Positions 24,401 through 37,594 of a stretch of 64,000 bases of DNA are shown here, in pieces. Every line of letters begins with the position of its first letter. The stretch's first letter is position 1. The notes under the pieces are model-generated. The model searched no databases and was not told where the DNA came from. It saw only the letters and a list, made by a program, of their open reading frames with translations. Origin of the DNA: Nemertoderma westbladi (Eukaryota; Animalia; Xenacoelomorpha); NCBI GenBank assembly GCA_032718475.1, contig JAUCBJ010002155.1, positions 1-64,000 on the forward strand. Reading direction: 5' to 3'. The position numbers and the translations under genes were made by a program.

Positions 24401-27231
24401 TGGCGAAGACGTTAGATTACGTAGAAGTCGCTTACGATAGAGTGTATGTTAATTTTGCAAGATAATTTTGTACGATATAAATTTTTTACGATATTAATTC
24501 AATATAAATTTTGACGATTACCAATTAATTCAATATTGCGATTCAATAATAATAAGCAAAACTAATAATTAATCAATTGAAACACGCGCGTGTTTTTCTG
24601 ACTTCGGTCTTATGGAATGACGTCATTTCCTGTTCCTGTCTTACACGTTGTTAGTAATAGTACTGTATTCTATTTTGTAATCCATGCCAAAGTCGTTGAC
24701 TGAGACGGTGCCAATATCGCAGTTAGCTTTGGTCCCATAGTAGTCGTGGCCCTAAAATGTAAAAATATATACAAACCAGTCAACTGTACAGTATAGTCGA
24801 CTATGAGGCAGGTAATGGATATGAATCATATGACCCTTCATTCTTTCGGGTTGAATTGTCGATTTGTCATGGTAAACATACACGGAGTCACCAAACATGT
24901 GAAAAATTTGTTACCCAATTTTTTCACAGGTTCGGTGGCGCCGTGCATGCTTACCTTGGCTTGCTACCCCACAAATTCCATTTTGATAAAAAAATATACA
25001 TTTCTTCACCGGACTCACACGTGTTTAGACAAGCTTGCCAGCCGAGAGCTGGCAATAATGGACGGATTCATTGCTATCAATATTGTTGTTGTCATAATTT
25101 ACGAGCCTATGCAGGGCAGCCTAATAACGAAAAACGAAACATTGGGCAAAGTAGGCCTACCGTCTGTACAATCTGTAAGTATGTACGCGCCTATGCAGGG
25201 CAGCCTCATAGACCCCTGTTCTCGGTAATATAATGTTGTCTCAGTGTGCAAGGTGTGCAGTAGTGGGTATAGCCGTATAGTGCTGGAGAACGAAACTTTT
25301 CGCTGAAGCCTTGATAACATGTGTATAAATGTAAATGTACAGTACGTACTGTTTCACAAACATATTCTATACCGGTATGTACTCGCTCGCTCACTCACAT
25401 AACTACTGTAGCACTACTCATAGCTCCTTATTACCGTTTAGAACTAAATGGTTATTACAGTATATGAGAGTTGCTTAAAGTCACAGGTTGTAATAATTTA
25501 CGATTATTTACAAAACTAGGAGTACGAAACCTATACAGTTTGGTTAGATCAACACACTTACATACAGATATTTCGCGCACATGTTACATACTGAACATTG
25601 GAATATATAAACTGTACTTAGGAACTTACGGTTATTTAGCTCAACACACTCACACGTCAGCTAGTGTTTGTGAATCTGGTATAAATTTATTCTAGTAATT
25701 TTTTGAAAATGGATGATTGCCATTACAAATAGCTTTAATTATATTTATTTTTATGAAACAAACATTATTGATATTCTATTTATGATAGATTTAAAAATTA
25801 TTCACGTCCTTCTGAACAAGTAACGTCAAAGTGGAACATTACTTGATCTTTTGTATCGTATAAAGTTATTTTCAATTTAATTTATATGAATTTGAACACA
25901 AAAATTAATGATTAAGGATTGTAAGATGCTCTATGGTGGTTAGGACTGACAGTGTTGACATGTTGGTGTTAATTATTTGCTTATCCGCATCTCCAAGACC
26001 AGTGTTCTAATTAATAATGCCACGCCATAATTTTGGTGCACCAAAAATAACGTACCACTATGCTTACATACTTGTATAGCACGTAGAGTGCTCCATACCA
26101 ATCAGAATAAAAAAACCCACAAAACATCACTAAGGACGAACTCATAAATGACCTTATAAAATTCGAAAATTTCAAAAAAATTTGTGATGTGGACCAAATT
26201 TTGATGTGGCAACTACATCGAAAAGTATAAATCTACTTGCCACGCCGTTCTTTTCAAAATATGTGGCCATAAATTTGGCTAATTCTCAAAAAAATAAATT
26301 GGGCAGATACATAATGTGGGTTGAACAGTTTTAAAACAATTAAAAGACATGATTAATTGAATGTGGCGAGAATAATAGAAAAAACAATGGTGTAAGGACT
26401 TTCAGCCACAAAAGGTGTTATAGTGTATTGCAGACGTTTCAATAAACAATGTTTATCTTTATCAATGCAGTACTGATTAATGTTGTACGTACACTACCGG
26501 TGCATATAGTGGACGACACGACATATAGAATTTACATTACATTCTACAGCAATATACTGTATATGCAATTTGACAAAAATATATATCGATATTCGCACAG
26601 TAATGTACAGTATACAACAAAAATTAGACAATTGGATTTATCCAATACACAGTACTTTACATTATACTGTATAAGTAATAATATACTGTACGACAACACA
26701 CATATTATTGTTACAGTAGGGGGTGAAGAACGTTGGTATCGTCAATTACGTGGTTTTGCCATGGGTAAAAATTATCCAGACAGACGTTTGATACTGTATG
26801 ATTACATCAACTCTACACTGTAGAGTGTACACACAACTTCAGTGAATTTGCTCCCCCTGATGTTTTTCCACCACAAATTTCATAATATTTGTTGTTGGTC
26901 TAGCCTCCGCTTTACTTCCTATTATTCTACAATATGGATTACGAACTACAGTAGGATAATATTCAGCAATCTTTCTTCGCTCTCCTTAAATATTGTGTTG
27001 AAAACGGCAGGAACATAAACCTGATATAAACCAAAAGGATCATGTATAAAAAAGCCGGATAAGAATATGTCTAAAGTTCTAAAGAAGTTTAGAAGCTCTC
27101 TGCGGCCAATAATTATACAATGGTAAGTAAACCAGTCGAAATTATAAACCATAACAACTACTAACATCGGTGTAACTCTTCAATCCTCTCTATGCTGCTT
27201 CTGCAACAGCAGTAACGTACTGTAGTTCTAT

Positions 27232-27400
27232 TTAGGTGTAGTGAATACAATGAATTCTCACATCTGTTTGGAGGTTGTGGGTTCGATCCTGCATGGTGGC
27301 CAGGGCGGTATTCGTTTCTGCACGAATCCTTAAATGGTAGCTAAATGAGTTCTGGGGTTTCCTCTAGGAAGACTACAGTACACTATTGTATTTACTACTA
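27232..27400 (+). mobile_element. tRNA-derived SINE, diverged copy
   Basis: A-box-like GGTGTAGTG, B-box GGTTCGATCC and body CCTTAAATGGTAGCTAAATGAG, all shared with 32930-33212. Confidence 0.7.
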
Positions 27401-28280
27401 TTACTATTTATCTTTATTCACAACACATCCAAGAAAGAAAATCGTATAAAATTATTGGCTCTTTGAAGCATCTTAATAAATTTATTTCAGTACAAACTGG
27501 TCTCTATAATATCTTTAACATACTGTAAGTCTCCCAAATCTCTATCTGTTGTCTCCGTTCAAAGTACTTTTCTTTCTTCTTCTACATGTGACGGGATCCT
27601 GATTGGTGGGGGTTGACCTGACCTGACCGGGTTGACTTTATGACGTTCGCTACGCGTCGCCGCGTTAAGGGAATACTGACTGCCCGAAGGCTCGGTAAAA
27701 TAAGAGTTTTCTGTTGCTGGTTGTTAATAGTTATTATAGGTCAGAATATTAGTTAAAATCGAGTTATATTGGTGTTGTTATTAGTTCACCGGTAAAATGA
27801 TTACAGCACAATCAGTATTAATTACGGCTGACGGTGAAAACTGTTCATCGTCCATTATGATTAAATACCATCTGAGTTGGAATGCACATGACCGTGAATA
27901 TATGTAAAGGGGGAAATATATTGCCCGTAGGCTAACACGCTTATTGGCCTCCAATCGATACACTCTCATTGCCATGTGCTGCCCTCCAATTGGTCAGCTC
28001 ATCACCCCTGAATCTACTTCCCTTAAGGCCCGTTCACATCCAACGGAACGGTACACCGCGCAATATAATTCTGCATATACATATAAACATAATCTACAAT
28101 ATTTCTGAAAATCTTTATTTGTTAAAATTATACACTTCTTTGGGATTTAAACGAATCAGATTGCTTCATCATCAACTATAGGTCTAAATAAAATACTCCA
28201 GTTGCGCTGTCAACCAATAATACAGTACGTCAATATTACAGTGACCAGACTCCATTTATTTCTAACTGATTTCTACGGGG

Positions 28281-28335
28281 ATGAAACTTCAAATTATTTT
28301 CATCTTCTTCCAGTTAGTGGATCTTCTGATGATCG
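28281..28335 (+). CDS. Predicted exon 1 (signal peptide MKLQIIFIFFQLVDLLMI) of an LRR gene
   Basis: ATG plus a hydrophobic stretch ending at a G|GTAAG donor. The phase-1 join to the acceptor at 30621-30622 is in frame (..MI-A-R-S-MTSEG..). Confidence 0.6.
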
Positions 28336-30622
28336 GTAAGTTTTCATTAAAATATAAATACCAAATATAATTATAATATTGTCAGGTCAGGTATTATACT
28401 GTATGTCATTGGTCAAGAAAACTTGCACCTCCATGCAGCATAAATGGTGGTGCCACATGTAGCTGCATTGACCCTCTTACTAACTAAGGACAAATCTGAT
28501 CCTGCAAATAGGAACCCCTTCTAAATAAGTTATATATAATTTAATAAAATATATGATACAGTAATAAAATAATAAATTATATGATGATTTCTGTACTATT
28601 TAATTTTTTTTCAAAAAAGTTTCTAGAACAAACAAATGTGTTCTAGAACAAAAATATGTATCAAAATTGATAGCTAACACATGTTCTACTGTACCTACTG
28701 TACCACCTACCTTAATGTGACCTGTGGGACCAGCCCATTATTAGTGAGGTCGGCATTTCTCTTTATCCTGCCGCTCTCTTTGTATTACAATAGCATACAG
28801 CTAACCAATGGCAATGGTCTACCCCCAGTGCGGGAAAGACAAGCTGGCTACCATTGAAATGAATAGGGGAAGGATAATATGGTGTGTTTGTGTTCCCATC
28901 CTAATGTCTGTCGTCTTGGCTCAGCTAAGCTTAAACAGAGCCACAGCCTACAATAGGGTCTTACCTAAATACACTTCCAGTGAGCCAAACAGTAGTGGCG
29001 GGTCAGCTCCAAAATGCCCATGTAGGATTTCTTCGAAAAAGGACCAATTGGTTGAGTTACGAGTTACAGTGAAAAAGTATTCATTATTAGATTTTGCTCT
29101 GAACAGGAGAAACAGATGGAATATATAGGTCATCTAATTAATTGTTTAAAGATTAGCAAACAATACAGTGTAATTGAATTGATGAAATCCATAAATAAAA
29201 CGTGAATACATAATGTAAAATCGGGATGCAAAATATAAATTTCTGCGCTAAGAAAGGGAAATTGGATACTTACTGTACAACTTGTCTGGATACAAGCGGT
29301 CCGTTTACCTTACAAAATGAAAAATAAACGTGCGAAATATAAAACAGTAGTGTCCTACTCGAACGGAACGGAACTGTCCGGGGGGGGGGGGGGGGGGGGG
29401 GTTGGAGAGGGAATGTCCGGAAATCGAAGCCTTTTTCTATCTGCCAACATCCTGGGCTTTACTTACACTCAGCCTCTATTCAATGGCTGTGATTGACAAG
29501 CCAACTTGCCTCAGAAGTTCCTTTCATGAATGCCGCAATTTATATTTGGCCATTTTGGTCGTTTTGGCGGCCAAAATGACCAAGTTAATGTTTATTGGGA
29601 TTGGGACTGTATAAGATCAAGGCCAACGTAATTACCAGGCCTGCTCACTACATTCTAGAATACCTCGATCAGCTGATATAAGAAGTCATACTTTTTAGCA
29701 AAATTATTATTGTTGTAGGGTAAAATACCATTATTTAAAAGTTATGTTACTAGAGCTGACGAAAATAAATTTAATAATCTAATATATCAAATTGAATAAG
29801 AAATACAGGGCATTACGGTGCTTTGTGTCACCTTCGTATGTTAGGCTTGCAATTCGCATAATAACCCTTTCATTACTACTAAATATTTCCCCTATCACTG
29901 CCGTGTTTTATTTAAAAAACGCGGCTTAAGTCGAATTACGATATGTAGATCGGAAAACAGATTATACTGTTCAAAAGTCTACTAATTCCTTGCAGTGGTA
30001 TTGGGTCGAAGTTGTGGCGGTGCAACTTTGATGGCAAGCCGGCATAGCATTCTTCATAGTAAATTCCATGGTGGTGACAATATGCAATGTTTCTGGCATA
30101 GCATCTCAATGTGAAGTTTCAATGTAGCAGGCCGATTAGAGTACTGTATAGTAGTGCTGTAGTTGTACATAACAGATGTCGAGTCGTCAACATGATGTCG
30201 TCGCGAAATCAAAAAATATCGCGAGTAAAATTAGCTTTAGTTTTTGGAATGAAACACAAGCTACTAACGAATACAATAGCTAGTATCATACTATATAAAC
30301 TAAAATATACAGTTATCATTTTATTGATCCTGTGATTCTCACAGTTTAAGAATAAAAGAGTGACTATTTATAATAATAAAGGAACAAAAGTGTCAGATGT
30401 GATAATTCGTTGACACACAATTACTGTATATTGCTATAGAGTGTTGTACACAGTAGATAACTATTAATCACTACTCGTTTGTAAAGCCTGTGATTTATTA
30501 AATTTAATTCGTAATCTCCAATAGCAACAATTAATAATTTATTCGGGGTACAATTAATTATATGATGGACACAAATGTGAAATTCAATATATGATTATTT
30601 ACATTTGTATTTGTATTTACAG

Positions 30623-31665
30623 CGAGATCTATGACATCAGAAGGAAACTTTTCCTGCAATGAAATTGGCATTTATACTGTTTGCAAATTTCAAGATGTGC
30701 CATTGGAACCGGCATGTAGGACATGGTGGGCTGGCCCCAGTCTACCACTCGCTGTCACCAATCTCACGTTTTCAATTTCCAATGATTCGGCTTATATGAC
30801 AAAGCTCACATTTCTTACAGATAATTTAATTTATTACCTTATGCGAATTACAGCAGTCCATTAATAAATCTCCTTGAATTAAACCTAAGTCACTGTTATT
30901 GGACAGAGCTTCTTGGGGAATCATTTTATGGACTTAATAAACTGGTTGACGTAAATTTCAATTACAATAATATTAGTAAGATCCCCAATTCTACCTATCA
31001 ACTAGATTCATTAAAACACCTCCAACTTCGACAAAACAAGTTTAAATCCTTAAATGACCTTAATCTACAAAAATTCCCAAATATAGAGGAAATAGACCTC
31101 AGTTACAATAGATTGAAAAACATCGAGAAAATTCCAGTAAAACTGATGAATTTAAAAACACTGAAACTTCAAGGGAACCCACTGAATGAAAAGGACATTA
31201 ATACTATCATAAGCTCTACTGATAGTGAATTACCATCACTTGAGTTACTTATAGTATCCGATAACGAAATCCATATAGATGTTTGTGAGTTGAATTTGGC
31301 ATCTCGTGATGAAAGATCTGATTGCGAATGGGTATTAAGGGAAACATCCATAAGTAACATTGAGATTTATCAATATATCGTAAAGCTTTGTTCTCAACAA
31401 GAAGATTCACAAGACGGTTTCATTGATAAAATGGATTCAATGTCAATTCAATTCAATTACACTTGCCTTAATTCAGAACACCAGTGCAAAAAAAACCAAA
31501 ACAAATGCGCTATTAGTTCGTGTTCTCATAATGGAAAGTGGTCGGATCTAAATGTCAGCACTTGTTCCGGTTCATCAGCAGTCGATAAAAAGGAAGTTTC
31601 AGGAGATGATAGAACAATTATGGATAATAAACTAAGGCGGCTTGCGAAAAAGGACGCTGCTGGGG
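30623..31665 (+). CDS. Leucine-rich-repeat extracellular protein exon, with a frameshift near 30835-30841
   Basis: TTTACAG acceptor. LRRs LTKLTFLTDN-like, LLELNLSHC, LVDVNFNYNNI, LKHLQLRQNKF, IEEIDLSYNRL, LKTLKLQGNPL, LELLIVSDNEI, then a Cys-rich segment. Ends at a G|GTAAGT donor (31666). Confidence 0.75.
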
Positions 31666-32059
31666 GTAAGTAATCGAATGATGTACCGGTACCACACCAT
31701 ATATACTGTATTTGTCATATTGAAAAATATCACCTCACCAGTTAATATAATATTAATATTGGTTATTTATATAGCGCTATTCTCCGCTCGGCATACTCAA
31801 ATCTCTTTTATTATCTGCGAGATATATTTATTAAATATATCTCGCGTTTGAAAATATAATAAATAATGTCGTCGCGAGATCAAAAAATATCGCGAGTAAA
31901 ATTAGCTGTAGTTTTTTGGAATGAAACATAAGCTACCAACGAATACACTAGCTAGTATCATACTGTATAAACTAAAATAAACAGTGACAAATTAAAAAAA
32001 TAACATTTTATAGTTAAACCTAGTTTCAATCCATCGGAAACTGGTATCCTGGCGCCCAC

Positions 32060-32835
32060 TAAATCCGGCACACCGTCACCCGGTGAGTTTGGCACACCAA
32101 CGCACGGCGAGTTCGGCACACTGACGTCTGGCGAGTTCGGTACACCAACATCCAATGTGTTCGACACACCGACACCTCCTGGCGAGTTTGGCACACTGTC
32201 TCCTGGCGAGTTCGGCACACTGACATCCAATGAGTTCGGCACACCGACACCCGGCAACCTACGTCCAGCGAGTTCGGAACACCGACGCCTGGCGAGTTCG
32301 GCACACCGACACCCTATGAGTTCGGCACACGGACGCCAAGTGAGTTCGGCTCATCGACACCTGGCGAGTTCGGCACACCGACATCCATTGAGTTCGGCAC
32401 ATCAACGCTTGGCGAGTTTGGCACACCGACGCCCGTTGAGTTCGACACACCAACGCCCTGCAAGTCCGGCACACTGACTCCTGGCCAGTTCGGCACACTG
32501 ACATACAATGAGTTCGGCACACCACCACCCGGCGAGTTCGGCACACCGACGCCCGGTGAGTTCGGCACATCGCGGCCCAGCGAGTTCAGCACACCGAGGC
32601 CCGGCGAATTCGGCACACTGACTGCTGACCAGTTCGGCACACTGACATCCAATGAATTCGACACACCGACACCTCCTGGCGAGTTTGGCACACTGTCTCT
32701 TGGCGAGTTCGGCACACTGACATCCAATGAGTTCGGCATACCACAACCCGGCGATTTCGGCACACCGACGCCCGGTGAGTTCGGCACACCGATGCCTGGC
32801 GAGTTTGGCACACCGATACCCGGCGAGTTCAGTAC
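32060..32835. repeat. GC-rich 24-bp minisatellite (GGCGAGTTCGGCACACCGAC core) with higher-order variants
   Basis: About 30 units visible directly; this explains the repetitive PNSPGVGV ORFs. Confidence 0.9.
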
Positions 32836-32929
32836 ATAGGGGTATGTGTGAGTGTATAACCCTCCAATATCGCAAAAACTCAAGCACGTAAGTAAAGATT
32901 TTAAAAGCAAACTCTACATTTAAGTAAGG

Positions 32930-33212
32930 TTCCACCTTGGTGTAGTGGTTGCATTGAATTCACATCTCCTGTAGGTCGTGGGTTCGATCCTCACATGGGC
33001 CAGGGCAGTTTTCGTTTCGGCAAGAATGCTTTAAAGGGACCAGCCAGGGCGCATCTCTGCCTTGCATCCTTAAGTGGTAGCTAAATGAGTACTGGAGATT
33101 CCTCTGGGGAGTAAAGTTCTGGGGGGACCGCACTGGAAATAAGTCGTCAGACTTTGTGCGTAATCCCTGGCCTAGAGGCCTCAGAAAATTTACTTTTTTA
33201 CTTTACTTTTTA
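32930..33212 (+). mobile_element. tRNA-derived SINE
   Basis: A box TGGTGTAGTGG, B box GGTTCGATCC, central GGTAGCTAAATGAGTACTGG and a (CTTTA)-like tail; second copy at 27232. Confidence 0.8.
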
Positions 33213-34705
33213 CATGATTTTGGTTGCGCAGACGACTATATATTTTTTGTGGCGTTTCGAACACGGGGTCACTGAAAAATAGCGGTTTTGAAAATTTAAA
33301 GTCGAATTTCACCGATTTCAACTCGTCGAGTATGCACCAACATTTTTATTTGAGATTTTTAGTCATCTGAGCAACATATTTAGCCTCAAATATCGCCAAT
33401 CTCGCACAGAACGTCGCCAAAATTTGTTAGTCCGGCAAAAAATCCCACAAATTCGTCTAAAATAATAAATTATTCGTTGCAGGATAATATGATTCACCTA
33501 GAAAAGCCAGCAAGCAATAAGAATACCGTTCATAGTCAAACATACAGTAGTATCGTTTGGTCCCTCCCCATTCATTATTGTTAACCTATAACACATTTGA
33601 ACGGACCAGTAGTGCTAAAAATTCAATCAGCTGTCTCCCACCTAACATAGCAGTTTTCATTTTCGCTCACTCAGGGTACTGGTTTGAGGGGCAGGTTCGT
33701 TTAAAGCCAGCTTGCTGGCTTATTGTTATTTCACAAAAAATTATGCTTTGATAGGAATTTAGTTGAGGAGTTTGTTGGTTCTAGTCCAGGGAGCGGCTGG
33801 TGGTTGGTTCATCGTTTGAAGGTAATTAATCTCTATGGCGGAAATAATATGGGTGATACGAGTCATGGTAAAGGGATAACAACATGACTTAATGTAAATC
33901 GATACATCAATAATATGAGTGATACGAGTCATGGTAAAGGTATATCATGTATCATGTACTATTTTAACATTATTCAATAAGTAGAACAAATGTGATCCTT
34001 TCAATTGGAAGTAACATTGAGTAATTAATTTTAGTATACCGTAAAAGTTGGTGAAGGGCGTCACTTTTGGCTTTAGTTAGTGCAGTACCAGGTGTTTACT
34101 TTAACACAAATATGAGTTGTCCTTGTATATTTGGGTTTTATATTAAAGGTCATTGTTATTCTTATATTACAAGCAATCAAGACATTATGAAATAGACTAA
34201 AACAATTCATTTTCCAATACAATTTTGGATTTAAACAAGAAACCCATTACATTTGGCGCCCGATAAAAAACTCTTATCATGTAATAGTGTTAAATTATTA
34301 ATTGTATACTGCGCACACATCAAACAATGTCGGATGCTGAGGAGTTATCCCGAAAAATTCGCTCAAGAGGCGGCGTTTGAGCCGCAGCAACAATCGCACT
34401 CAAAGACTCTGATGATGTCGAGTCTTTCAATATCGGGAGAAAAATGTCTCAGCTGTCAACCTAACAAGGCTATGTCAATCGACTGGACGAAATGGACATT
34501 GCAATTTGGTCAACTATGGACGAAGAAGATAATCAACCCGACACGCAACAATCATTAACGTACAAGGTTAGACTGACAAACGCAATAACTAAATTACTAA
34601 CTGTTACTATCAGAAACAACTTTATCAGAAACTGAAACTAGAGTAGAACAAGATACCAGTGGTGCTGAATTTGAATTACCCTCTCATGCTCATAGAAGTA
34701 GTTTT

Positions 34706-34929
34706 TATGCTAATAGTAGTAATTATGCTAATAGTAGTAATTATGCTAATAGTAGTAATTATGCTAATAGTAGTAATTATGCTAATAGTAGTAATTATGA
34801 TAATAGTAGTAATTATGCTAATAGTAGTAATTATGCTAATAGTAGTAATTATGCTAATAGTAGTAATTATGCTAATAGTAGTAATTATGCTAATAGTAGT
34901 AATTATGCTAATAGTAGTAATTATGCTAG
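34706..34929. repeat. 18-bp minisatellite (TATGCTAATAGTAGTAAT), ~12 copies
   Basis: Seen directly; abuts the IS3EU-type element. Confidence 0.95.
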
Positions 34930-35323
34930 ATCTACCGTGGCTGATTGTGGCCACTTAATTTCAGTTTTTTCATATTTGTCACCCGGGTGACAATTATTTA
35001 TCACCCGGGTGACAATTATTTGTCACCCGGGTGACAATAATTTATCACCCGGGTGACAATTATTTATCACCCGGGTGACAATTATTTATCACCCGGGTGA
35101 CAATTATTTATCATCCGGGTGACAATTATTTATCACCCGGGTGACAATTATTTATCACCCGGGTGACAATTATTTATCACCCGGGTGACAATTATTTATC
35201 ACCCGAGTGACAAGTACTGGTGTTTTTCAGCAATCTATCTTTATCCCTACAGTATCATTATTTCCTTGCAGTGTCTGATCTGTCTGTCTGTATATTCAAG
35301 TGGTACAGTATTTCTTATTCATC

Positions 35324-35880
35324 ATGAGTCTAATTGATAACGTTATTGAACGGTATTTCTGGTTGGGATTTAACTACAGTGAAATAGCACATCTTGTATA
35401 TTGTCAAAAAGGCATAAATATTTCTTCACGAACGATTCGACGTAGGTTGAATTCGTCAGGTCATACACGGATTTTAGTTAGATCCATTCGATTTTGATGC
35501 TATTGTTAGTGTTCTTGAAGTAGAATCCTTCAATCGGAAAACAGCGGGCTATAGACAATTGCAACGCATTCTGATGGATGACTACCATCTGTTTGCACCG
35601 CGAAAGGTAGTTGCATTAATATTGAAAATTGTAGACGTAACTGGTAGAATATCTTGAATCGGAAATAATCTTTTCGAAGGGGCCTAATTTTTTATTGCAC
35701 ATTGATGGTTGGGATAAACTGAAACCATTTGGATTGACAGTGCACGGATCTGTGGATGGATATAGTCGAAAGATTGTTTGAAGCGTCGTTGTTAGAAGCC
35801 TCACATTGTTAGAAGCGATAAAGGCACCGAAAATGTTAACGTCGAAGCAATACATCGATATTTCAGATCCTTCAATGATG
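35324..35880 (+). pseudogene. Degenerate IS3EU/integrase-core DDE transposase
   Basis: N-terminal HTH-like IERYFWLGFNYSEIA...ISSRTIRRRL; GYRQL; GPNFLLHIDGWDKLKPFGLTVHGSVDGYSRKIV; PHIVRSDKGTEN. Interrupted by stops and frameshifts. Confidence 0.85.
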
Positions 35881-36387
35881 ACCAATTATTACAGAAGTGC
35901 TCAGTATTTATTTTTTATTTATTTATTTATCAATGCTCAGTAAGTATTTATAAAAAAAATTTAAGTGAATTAAAAGTTAAATACGTACATTTGGGTTTAA
36001 TTTATAGTCATAAATGACATCACTGTCATAAGGGGGGCGGGGTGTGGGGGGGGGGGGGGGTGGTTGTATCCTCTGACATATTCTCATAACTGAGCCTCGT
36101 GCTGCGCGAAGGACCCACAAATGTTTTTAAACTGTAACCGGGTATCTTTTACCTGATATTATAACACTGTTTTTAAACAATATAAGCAATAATTCCGTTT
36201 AAAATAACAGTTATTTATATGACAAATTAATAAAATTACGAACAAACAATCACGAAAACTGACCGATATTACAAAGAAAAATATTTATTGATGAATTAAA
36301 AATTATAATCTAATCATGTATATAAGTGTAGAGGTACAGTGTTCTCTAAACAGTTATGTTGTCTAAACTAACAGTAATACAGTATTC

Positions 36388-36681
36388 TCAAGGCAATGCA
36401 AACCCCAATGTATTCAACATATCCCCCATGAGACGGTCACAGAATACTTTGCTGGGCCCCAACAAATAACGGCCATTTATCGGAAAATGAATTGTTAACG
36501 CACATGTGTCCGCATGTACACGTCTTGCGCAATCTGATGTACGGTAAAATTCTAACTTTCCTTCACCTTAAAAAATAGGAAACCGAGACCCCGAACCGAA
36601 CTGAAGCACAACACCCAAAGTAAGTGTGATTGAATTAATCCCTCCTTTGAGCAAGTCATTGACATCGGCTTTCATCGACAT
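36388..36681 (-). pseudogene. HECT E3 ligase C-lobe remnant (G2E3-like) inside the IS3EU-type element
   Basis: Manual translation TLGVVLQFGSGSRFPIF*GEGKLEFYRTSDCARRVHADTCALTIHFP...FCDRLMGDMLNTLGFA* follows the HECT pattern L.F.SG...A.TC...L.LP...GF. One in-frame stop. Confidence 0.6.
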
Positions 36682-37594
36682 TACGTATTTACATAGGATG
36701 TACCGGTACCATGAACTACAGTATAAAGTATACAGTTACCACCCTTTGCAGAATTGTCACTCGGGTGATAAATAATTGTCACCCGGGTGACAAATAATTG
36801 TCACCCGTGTGACAAATAATTGTCACCCGTGTGACAAATAATTGTCACCCGTGTGACAAATAATTGTCACCCGGGTGATAAATAATTGTCACCCGGGTGA
36901 TAAATAATTGTCAACCGGGTGACAAATAATTGTCACCCGGGTGATAAATAATTGTCACCCGCGTGACAAATAATTGTCACCCGGGTGATAAATAATTGTC
37001 ACCCGGGTGATAAATAATTGTCACCCGGGTGACAAATAATTGTCACCCGGGTGATAAATAATTTTCACCCGGGTGATAAATAATTGTCACCCGGGTGATA
37101 AATAATTGTCACCCGGGTGATAAATAATTGTCACCCGGGTGACAAATATAAAAAATCTGAAATTAAGTGGCCACAATCAGCCACGGTATAGATCTGTGTT
37201 ACCTAAATTAGCCGCTCGCAAATTTCCTGTAAATGTATTTGTGTATTGCGAGTGACGAGATTCTTTTCGCTCCGCACTTCATGATTCTGGATTACCGGAG
37301 GTATTAAAACGACAACATTTAATAGGAAGTTTAACTGGTGAAGCGAAAGTAGTAGCGGGACTTTCAATATCGTCTGAAAATATTAAAGTCAATGGGTTTT
37401 TAGGTACACAAGGTACGGTTCTGAAGGTCGTATCATACAAGCACACATACTGTAGATAAACTGAGTAACATTAGTCACATATTTATTGGTAGAAAGTATA
37501 CATTAAGGCAGTTCTAGGTGTATAATACTTCTCAATCACAAATACGAGTTTTGGAAGATGAAGAGAGATGAATAATCATATACTGTAGATGACT

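Larger units (their letters stand above)
34933..37188 (+). mobile_element. IS3EU-type DNA transposon, internally deleted
   Basis: TACCGTGGCTGATTGTGGCCACTTAATTTCAG TIRs (TAY..RTA termini). 6-bp TSD TAGATC (34927-34932, 37189-37194). 22-bp subterminal arrays with the palindrome TCACCCGGGTGA. Internal IS3-like transposase motifs. Confidence 0.88.

Noticed and set aside
32935-33002. tRNA gene
   Set aside because: A and B boxes are present but there is no cloverleaf, and it continues into a repeated SINE body.
34659-34958. Hydrophobic ORF (MLIVVI)n and its antisense ORF
   Set aside because: Translation of an 18-bp minisatellite.
34975-37145. Palindromic 22-bp arrays as CRISPR or operator arrays
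   Set aside because: There are no spacers; they are subterminal repeats of the IS3EU-type element.
34935-37186. Tc1/mariner reading (TA TSD)
   Set aside because: Including TA in the TIR reveals 6-bp TSDs in both this element and the one at 59241, and the transposase motifs are IS3-like.
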